From: a virus
Taxonomy: Duplodnaviria > Caudoviricetes
Virus record (IMG/VR): IMGVR_UViG_3300049859_000037
Location: 1-34,887 of that record
DNA: 34,887 bases
Reading direction: 5' to 3' (one strand)
Shown here: in pieces, positions 1 to 5,852 of the stretch
Numbering within the stretch: position 1 is the stretch's first letter
Layout: the number at the start of each line of letters is the position of its first letter
The notes under the pieces: model-generated
Seen by the model: only the letters and a program-made list of their open reading frames with translations
What the model was told of the DNA's origin: nothing
The model's database searches: none
Position numbers and translations under genes: made by a program

Positions 1-953
1 ACCTCATCAAGCAACGGGATCAGGCACTCGCGGACCCGAGGCGGCTCCGACTTGGGCCGTACCTCCAGCGGTGGGCGAGTAGCGTGACCGGCCTCGCCCC
101 GGCGACCCTGCGGCAGCACGAGATGATCGTCCGCGTCCACCTGGAGCCGAGCCTCGGGCATCGCTACCTGACCCAACTGACGCCCTCGGACGTGGATGCG
201 TACCTCGACGCCCTGACGCTGGACCCGCAGACGAAGCGCCACCACCGCTCGACGCTTCGCCGGGCGCTGGCTGATGCCCTCCGTGATGGGCTGGTCACCC
301 GCAACGTGGCCGCCCTGTCCCGCCCGCCCCGGATGCACAAGGCCGAGCGAACCTACCTGACCGCCGGGCAGGTGCGCCGGGTCATCGAGGGCGCACGGGA
401 CGAACCGTACTGGCCTCTGTGGGTCCTGATCGCGACGACCGGCCTCCGCGTGTCGGAGGCGTTGGGCCTCGCGTGGTCCGATGTGGACTTGACGGCTGAG
501 ACGTTGACCGTTCGCTACCAGTTGGCCCGGCTCGATGGCGCATGGGTCCGCACCCGGCCCAAGACGCGCAAGTCACGGCGCACCATCCCGCTGACGGCGG
601 AGGCAGTCGCCGCACTGCGTGAGCAGCGGACGCGGCAGGATGCCGCCATGGGCGACCACCCGAGGCCGATCGAGGGGCTGGTATTCACCACGGACACCGG
701 ACACCCGATCCACAGCACCAACGTCCTGCCGTCGTGGTATCGGACGCTGGCCCGGCTCAGGCTGCCACGGGTGACCATCCACGATCTGCGGCACAGCGCG
801 GCGAGCATCCTCCTGGCGGCAGGCGTCCCGCTCCCGGTCATCGCCGATATGCTCGGGCATTCGACCATGCGGGTGACGGCTGACCTGTACGCCCACGTTG
901 GTCAGGGACTGCGTCGAGAGGCCGCCGACGCGATGCACGAGGCCTTGTCGTGA
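1..953 (+). CDS. int: Tyrosine integrase, 3' part (starts at ATG 34632 across the circular join; about 365 aa in total)
   Basis: Catalytic motifs TTGLRVSE, PKT, HDLRH, LGH and LYAH. The GTG at 84 equals position 34860 and is in frame with ATG 34632. Confidence 0.96.
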   Translation, partial: LIKQRDQALADPRRLRLGPYLQRWASSVTGLAPATLRQHEMIVRVHLEPSLGHRYLTQLTPSDVDAYLDALTLDPQTKRHHRSTLRRALADALRDGLVTRNVAALSRPPRMHKAERTYLTAGQVRRVIEGARDEPYWPLWVLIATTGLRVSEALGLAWSDVDLTAETLTVRYQLARLDGAWVRTRPKTRKSRRTIPLTAEAVAALREQRTRQDAAMGDHPRPIEGLVFTTDTGHPIHSTNVLPSWYRTLARLRLPRVTIHDLRHSAASILLAAGVPLPVIADMLGHSTMRVTADLYAHVGQGLRREAADAMHEALS

Positions 954-958
954 CCCGC

Positions 959-981
959 TCTGCTTGCGGTTCTGCTTGCGG
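959..981 (+). repeat. Putative integrase arm-type sites, left of the att core
   Basis: TCTGCTTGCGG occurs at 959-969 and 971-981 (12-bp period), just after int. Confidence 0.65.
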
Positions 982-1004
982 GAACGGCCCACCCGTTCGG
1001 TTTG

Positions 1005-1049
1005 TGGAGGCGACGAGCGGATTCGAACCGCTGAATAGAGGTTTTGCAG
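1005..1049 (-). other. attP: attP core matching the 3' half of tRNA-Cys(GCA)
   Basis: The reverse complement reads CTGCAAA (anticodon loop), ACCTC, T-arm AGCGG-TTCGAAT-CCGCT, acceptor strand CGTCGCC, discriminator T and CCA. Similarity stops at the anticodon loop. It lies 50 bp after int. Confidence 0.9.
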
Positions 1050-1124
1050 CCCTTTACCACCCTGTATTCAGGTCATCTTTCAGCACATCAGGAGGCACCG
1101 TGGAGCATTCGACTGGCCGTAGCT

Positions 1125-1145
1125 CTGCTGTCGGAACTGCTGTCG
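1125..1145 (+). repeat. Putative integrase arm-type sites, right of the att core
   Basis: CTGCTGTCG occurs at 1125-1133 and 1137-1145, with the same 12-bp period and a sequence similar to the left CTGCTTGCG pair. Confidence 0.6.
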
Positions 1146-1146
1146 C

Positions 1147-1719
1147 ATGATCCGGCGACCGATCTCCGATGACGTGTTGACCTACACCGCCGCTGTGTCG
1201 TGGCTCCAGACCGCCTGGACAACGCTCCCGGTAGCCCCGCACCGACTCCACACCCGGGCCATCGAGGATGGATCGCAACTCGGGGCGCACGAGTACTCCG
1301 CCGCGTTCTGGAAGGTCCTGACGCAGGAACCGACCGACTACGAAACCGTGACCGAGACGGATACCTGCTATCACCCCGGGCTTCGGGCCGGCAGTCCAGC
1401 GCGTGAGTGCGAACATTGCTTGGGCGATGGCGTGCGCCAGTTCGACCGCCACCGCTACCGCTCCCCGCTCGCCGCCGCGCTGTTCGGGCTATCGAAGCTA
1501 CCCGCTCCCGCTCCCGACCGACCGTCGAGCCTTGACCTCGTGGTGGCCCTCGCGTGGTCGGGCTGGGACTTGCATCGGGCGTGTGTCGCGGTACGGATGC
1601 CGATCGTCAGCGATGACCACGCCGAAACGATGCGGGCGTTGATGTTGATGAGCATCCGACGCCTGTACTCCAGGTACTCATCCGGTCCGGTCGGACGCGC
1701 CAAGGCGGACGCAGCCTGA
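1147..1719 (+). CDS. Hypothetical protein with Cys/His motif; candidate late-gene regulator (Q-like position)
   Basis: 190-aa ORF with CYH...CEHC.G.G motif, directly upstream of a promoter that precedes the lysis and structural genes. Function is inferred from position only. Confidence 0.6.
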   Translation: MIRRPISDDVLTYTAAVSWLQTAWTTLPVAPHRLHTRAIEDGSQLGAHEYSAAFWKVLTQEPTDYETVTETDTCYHPGLRAGSPARECEHCLGDGVRQFDRHRYRSPLAAALFGLSKLPAPAPDRPSSLDLVVALAWSGWDLHRACVAVRMPIVSDDHAETMRALMLMSIRRLYSRYSSGPVGRAKADAA

Positions 1720-1735
1720 TTTCTCACTATGTGGC

Positions 1736-1764
1736 TTGACAGGTGAGAATCCGAGGCATAGTCT
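1736..1764 (+). promoter_or_regulatory. Sigma70-type promoter, probable late promoter
   Basis: TTGACA (1736-1741), 17 bp spacer, TAGTCT (1759-1764), in an intergenic position. Confidence 0.75.
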
Positions 1765-1922
1765 CCCAATCAGCGCGAAGAGAACCGGACTCAGACTGAG
1801 AGCGGCGGTCCCGGCCAAGTGTCGCTTGTGGTTGCCTATTCGGCGACCGCCCCGCGCTCCATTTGATACTGGCAGGCCCACCTTCTTGTCCTGCCCGCCC
1901 GTCGGGATGCGATATCCCCGAC

Positions 1923-1972
1923 ACGCGAACGCCCGGACCCGCTCCCTCTGGTTCGGGCGTTCGCGTTCCCTC
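1923..1972 (+). terminator. Strong hairpin in the late leader (terminator/attenuator-like)
   Basis: 17-bp stem 1923-1939 / 1950-1966 with one G-U pair, followed by a pyrimidine run rather than a clean U tract. Confidence 0.55.
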
Positions 1973-2012
1973 TGACCACCCCTGCTCGCCAACCCTGAAT
2001 GGACGGGACCCG

Positions 2013-2219
2013 TTGGTTGACGACGCCTTTTACGCCCGCCGCCGCATCGATCAGCTGACCGATGAACGCCTCCGCGCCATCGAGGGCAACCAGCGCAAGA
2101 ACGGCGACAAGCTGGACCGTCTGGAGTCACGGCTGAACTACCTGTTCGGCGGGCTGGCCGTGCTGAGCGTGGCGCTCAACCTCGGCGTGCCGGTCTTGAT
2201 GGGCTATCTCAACCGTTGA
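2013..2219 (+). CDS. Small coiled-coil plus C-terminal TM protein (holin-accessory/XhlA-like)
   Basis: LDRLESRLNYLFGGLAVLSVALNLGVPVL pattern. TTG 2013 follows a GGACGGGA SD-like sequence. First gene of the lysis cassette. Confidence 0.65.
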   Translation: MVDDAFYARRRIDQLTDERLRAIEGNQRKNGDKLDRLESRLNYLFGGLAVLSVALNLGVPVLMGYLNR

Positions 2220-2311
2220 GCGACACCCTCGCCATCCATCTGCTGGTGGTGTCGGTTCTGCTGTTACTCGCATTGGTGGTTGAGATCGTGTACTGGCGTC
2301 CCCGTCAATGA
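2216..2311 (+). CDS. 31-aa single-TM microprotein
   Basis: MSDTLAIHLLVVSVLLLLALVVEIVYWRPRQ, with stop/start overlaps at both ends (TTGA, ATGA). Confidence 0.55.
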   Translation: MSDTLAIHLLVVSVLLLLALVVEIVYWRPRQ

Positions 2312-2391
2312 GCGTCGAACTGCTCGTGCTGGCCGCCGTCCTGCTGCTTGCCATCGCCGTAATCGGGGAATACCTGGAGCGTCGCGCATGA
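2308..2391 (+). CDS. 27-aa single-TM microprotein
   Basis: MSVELLVLAAVLLLAIAVIGEYLERRA, with ATGA overlaps at both ends. Confidence 0.6.
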   Translation: MSVELLVLAAVLLLAIAVIGEYLERRA

Positions 2392-2425
2392 ACGTGGATA
2401 TCGATCTAGGCGAGCGTGACTGCGA

Positions 2426-3235
2426 GTGAGTTGTACCGGCTACCTGCCCACCTTCCAGCCGCAACTTCAGTCTGGCTACGCCCTCGGTCCCGTCTCCTGT
2501 ACCTGTTTCGCGGGAGCGATGGCCGGGCAATACGACACCTGCGGCGCGAAGTACCCGACCGGGCGACAGGTCCGCTTCCTGACGGGCGACACGGTCGGCG
2601 GGACCACGCTGCTCCAGGTGGATGCTGCACTCCGCAAGGGCTACGGCATCGACCTCGATACGCGCATCGGGTCGGCTGCCCTGACGTGGCCGCAGTTCGC
2701 TTCGTACATCAATGCCGGACGCGGGGCCATCCTCCAGGGCGGGTACGCTCCCATCAACGATTCGCGCTTCCAGGGCTCCGAGACGTTCCGGGGCAACCAT
2801 GCGATCGCCGTCATGCCCGGCTGGATCGTCATGGACCCGCTGGCCGACGGTCGCCGCCCCGGGATTTACAAGTACCACGGCGAGGCGTATCCAGAGTCGC
2901 TTCTCCGCCAGTTCGCTTCGCAGTTGGACCTCGGCAACGGGACCAAGGCCGGGTACCGCGTCTGGTGCAGCCTGACCCGCGACAACGCGACGACCTGGCG
3001 GGCGGGCATCCACCCGACGACCGGCAAGTTCCGCTTCTGGGTCTACACGATCCGCGATGGCGTCATCACGGGTCGCACGGTGGATGCGACCGAGGGGTTC
3101 AGCGCGGCCTGTACGCCTCCCCGGGCCTACCGCTGGCCCGGTAGTTCGGTCGTATCGAAGTCGCTCGTGCAACTCACCACCGGCGCGCGGGCTGGCCGCT
3201 ACATCGATAGCCGCTATGCAACGGAGTACCCATGA
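2426..3235 (+). CDS. Endolysin, peptidase C39-like (papain-fold) amidase/peptidase
   Basis: Cys (SCTCFAGAMA), His (NHAIAV) and Asp (VMDP) motif spacing typical of C39-like domains, next to the holin. Confidence 0.75.
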   Translation: MSCTGYLPTFQPQLQSGYALGPVSCTCFAGAMAGQYDTCGAKYPTGRQVRFLTGDTVGGTTLLQVDAALRKGYGIDLDTRIGSAALTWPQFASYINAGRGAILQGGYAPINDSRFQGSETFRGNHAIAVMPGWIVMDPLADGRRPGIYKYHGEAYPESLLRQFASQLDLGNGTKAGYRVWCSLTRDNATTWRAGIHPTTGKFRFWVYTIRDGVITGRTVDATEGFSAACTPPRAYRWPGSSVVSKSLVQLTTGARAGRYIDSRYATEYP

Positions 3236-3321
3236 TCCCCGACGCTGACGACGACACCATCGATGTCCACGATGACGAGGCCGACACCGTCGAGCCTGCC
3301 GACGACGATACGGGAGAGTGA
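3232..3321 (+). CDS. 29-aa highly acidic micropeptide
   Basis: MIPDADDDTIDVHDDEADTVEPADDDTGE, overlapping the endolysin stop (ATGA) and the holin start (GTGA). Confidence 0.5.
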   Translation: MIPDADDDTIDVHDDEADTVEPADDDTGE

Positions 3322-3575
3322 CCATGGGAACCATCTTCGGACGTGAACCGGCGGCCATCGCGGCGTTCCTCGGGATCGCCATCAACCTCGCTATCACCTT
3401 CGGCCTCAAGCTCTCCGTCGAGCAGGTGGCCCTCATCAACGCGCTGGTGGTGGCTGGCCTCGCCCTGATCGTGCGTCAGGGGTCCACGTCCATCGTCGCG
3501 CCGAAGCTCGCCCAGGGGACCACGGTGGAGGTGGTCACCCCGGAGGGAAAGCCGAACGAACTGACCGTCCTCTGA
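3318..3575 (+). CDS. Holin
   Basis: 85 aa with two TM segments, a GREPA...FGL.LS.EQ...I pattern seen in high-GC phage holins, and a position after the endolysin. Confidence 0.8.
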   Translation: MTMGTIFGREPAAIAAFLGIAINLAITFGLKLSVEQVALINALVVAGLALIVRQGSTSIVAPKLAQGTTVEVVTPEGKPNELTVL

Positions 3576-3643
3576 TGCGTCGGCGCTGGCCCGGCTGGTT
3601 CCACATCTGGTTGCCCGCGCCACCCTGGCATATCTACCGATGA
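3575..3643 (+). CDS. 22-aa Trp/Pro/Arg-rich micropeptide
   Basis: MRRRWPGWFHIWLPAPPWHIYR, with a TGATG overlap with the holin and an ATGA overlap with the next gene. Confidence 0.45.
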   Translation: MRRRWPGWFHIWLPAPPWHIYR

Positions 3644-4002
3644 CCAACTGGCAGCGGATGGGCGAGGGCGAGCCGACTGCGCGGCAACTCGCGATCTTCC
3701 GTGACTATGTCGTGAATGGCGGCTCACAGTCGGAGGTCGCTCGACGCCAAGGTATCTCTGTCCAGACGGTCAAGAACCACATGGCGACGCTGTACGCCCG
3801 CCTTGGTGCTACCGGCGCGATGGATGCCGCTCTCGCCCTCGGCTGGGTCGTCGTGGAGCCGGTCGCATCGGGCACCGTCCAGCGTTGCGGGTGGGTCGGC
3901 TACTGCGGACGGACCGATCGGCACAAGGGCCACCACGGCGGCTTCCGGGCATTCGCTCCAGGTACACGGGTGACGGTCAATCGGGAGGCTGTGTTCGGAT
4001 GA
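3640..4002 (+). CDS. LuxR/GerE-type HTH protein with C-terminal Cys/His motif
   Basis: PTARQ...SEVARRQGISVQTVKNHMATLYARLGA...ALGW is the LuxR C-terminal HTH signature. Confidence 0.8.
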   Translation: MTNWQRMGEGEPTARQLAIFRDYVVNGGSQSEVARRQGISVQTVKNHMATLYARLGATGAMDAALALGWVVVEPVASGTVQRCGWVGYCGRTDRHKGHHGGFRAFAPGTRVTVNREAVFG

Positions 4003-4448
4003 CCACCAACCGTCGTTACACGAAGCGCCAGAAGCTCGCCACGGTCATGGCCGCAGAGATGAGTACCGTTGCCCAAGCTGCCAAGGCCATCGGCGCGCCT
4101 GAGTCCACCGTGCGGTATTGGATGGACGATCCGAGTTTCGCTGAGTTTCGCGCCAAAACTCGCGACGACATGGTGGAGGGGACCGCGCTCCTGGCGCACC
4201 GCATCCTCGGGCGCATCAGCGAGACACTCGACCAGTTCGAACCGCGCGACCTGACAATCCTGTTCGGCGTCATGGTGGACAAGGCGCAACTGCTCTCGGG
4301 CAATGCCACGGGCAGACTGGAGACTCGTGACCTATCCGGCTCCCTCTCAGACGCCGACATCACCGAAGCCATCCGGGCCGCCGAGGATTACACGCGAGCA
4401 GGGCATAGCGGAACTGCGGAAGCGACTCCGGGAGAGACAGCGGGCTAA
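3999..4448 (+). CDS. terS: Probable terminase small subunit (N-terminal HTH)
   Basis: RRYTKRQK...AAKAIGAPESTVRYW HTH, directly upstream of TerL. ATG 3999 overlaps the previous stop. Confidence 0.7.
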   Translation: MTTNRRYTKRQKLATVMAAEMSTVAQAAKAIGAPESTVRYWMDDPSFAEFRAKTRDDMVEGTALLAHRILGRISETLDQFEPRDLTILFGVMVDKAQLLSGNATGRLETRDLSGSLSDADITEAIRAAEDYTRAGHSGTAEATPGETAG

Positions 4449-5817
4449 GGGATACGACCTCTACCAGACCGACCCGGTCGGGTTCATCACGGATATCCTC
4501 GATGAGCGGCCATGGTCGATCCAAGCCCGCATCGCGGAGAGTGTGCGGGACAACCCGAATACCGCCGTCCCGTCCTGCTTCGGTAGCGGCAAGGACTGGA
4601 TCGCCGCGCGTATCGGGGCGTGGTGGGTCTGCACGGGCGGCATCCTGGTAGCGACCTCCAACAGCTTCCCGCAACTCCGGGACATCTTCTGGCGCGAGCT
4701 TCGGCGGGCGCACTCGCGCGGCGGGCTACCCGGCTCTCCATCGAACGGGACGGACCTCCGTTGGGAAGTGACCGCGACGGGCGCATGGGCCATCGGTCGG
4801 AAGCCTGACGATAACGACCCGGAAGGCTTGCAGGGCGTTCACGGGTCGCGCGTCCTGGTCATCGTGGATGAGGCCAACGGTGTCTCCGGCTCCCTGTGGG
4901 AGGCCACCAGCGGCCTCGTGGTCAACGAAGCGAGCCGCCGGCTGGCGATCGGGAACCCGTTCGAACCGGTCGGGCCGTTCTATGAGGCCTGCCGCCTCCC
5001 GACGTGGCACGTCATCCCCATCTCGGTATTCGATACGCCGAACTTCACGGGCGAGCCGGTCCCGAACAAGGCGCAGAGCGAACTCGTCAGCCCATTCTGG
5101 CTGGAACAGCGGAGGGCGGATGGGCTGGAAGACACCGCATGGTGGACGGCCAAGGTACTCGGCCAGTTCCCGGACACGGCATCCGATGGTGTCATCCCGC
5201 TGGCGTTGGTCGAAGCCGCACGTATCCTCCATCCCGCGACGGGCGACCGCGAGTGGGCTGGACTCGACGTGGCTCGCTTCGGCTCCGACGACACCGTCCT
5301 GGTGGAAGGGTCGGGCGACTCCATCGAGCGGGTCACGATCCTCCACGGTCAGGACACCATGGCCGTGGCCGGTCTGGGAGCCGACTACCTGAGGACACGA
5401 CGCGGCATCCTCGCTATCGATGAAGGTGGCGTGGGTGGCGGCGTGTTTGACCGCATCCGCGAACAGAAGCTCCCAGGGTCGGTCCTCGCCGTGAACGCGG
5501 GGAGCAGCCCGGACAATGACCCGTCCGACCGGCTCGCCAATATGCGCTCCCAACTCTGGTGGCACGCGCGCGAGGCGCTGTACCGGGGCGAGGTCAGCCT
5601 CGCCCGCCTACCTGATGACCAGTACCAACGGCTCCGCGCCGAACTGACCGCCCCGCGCTACCGCTTCTCATCCTCTGGAAAAGTCGTGATCGAGTCCAAG
5701 GAAGAGATGGTCAAGCGCGGCGTGGCATCGCCCGACCTGGCCGACGCGTTCAACCTCGGCCTGTATGCCCGGGCGCGCTCCCGTAAGCGGGTCGCTTCCT
5801 TCGGCGCTGCCGCCTGA
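4303..5817 (+). CDS. terL: Terminase large subunit
   Basis: Walker A-like CFGSGKD, Walker B LVIVDEA, IGNP coupling motif, and nuclease motifs GLDVARFGSDDT and SPDLADA. Start codon uncertain. Confidence 0.93.
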   Translation: MPRADWRLVTYPAPSQTPTSPKPSGPPRITREQGIAELRKRLRERQRAKGYDLYQTDPVGFITDILDERPWSIQARIAESVRDNPNTAVPSCFGSGKDWIAARIGAWWVCTGGILVATSNSFPQLRDIFWRELRRAHSRGGLPGSPSNGTDLRWEVTATGAWAIGRKPDDNDPEGLQGVHGSRVLVIVDEANGVSGSLWEATSGLVVNEASRRLAIGNPFEPVGPFYEACRLPTWHVIPISVFDTPNFTGEPVPNKAQSELVSPFWLEQRRADGLEDTAWWTAKVLGQFPDTASDGVIPLALVEAARILHPATGDREWAGLDVARFGSDDTVLVEGSGDSIERVTILHGQDTMAVAGLGADYLRTRRGILAIDEGGVGGGVFDRIREQKLPGSVLAVNAGSSPDNDPSDRLANMRSQLWWHAREALYRGEVSLARLPDDQYQRLRAELTAPRYRFSSSGKVVIESKEEMVKRGVASPDLADAFNLGLYARARSRKRVASFGAAA

Positions 5818-5852
5818 CTTCCTCCCCGCTCGCCGATCCCTGAGGGCTACCT

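Noticed and set aside
1005-1049. Phage-encoded tRNA-Cys gene
   Set aside because: Only the 3' half is present. The 5' anticodon stem, D-arm and 5' acceptor strand are missing, so it is the att core.
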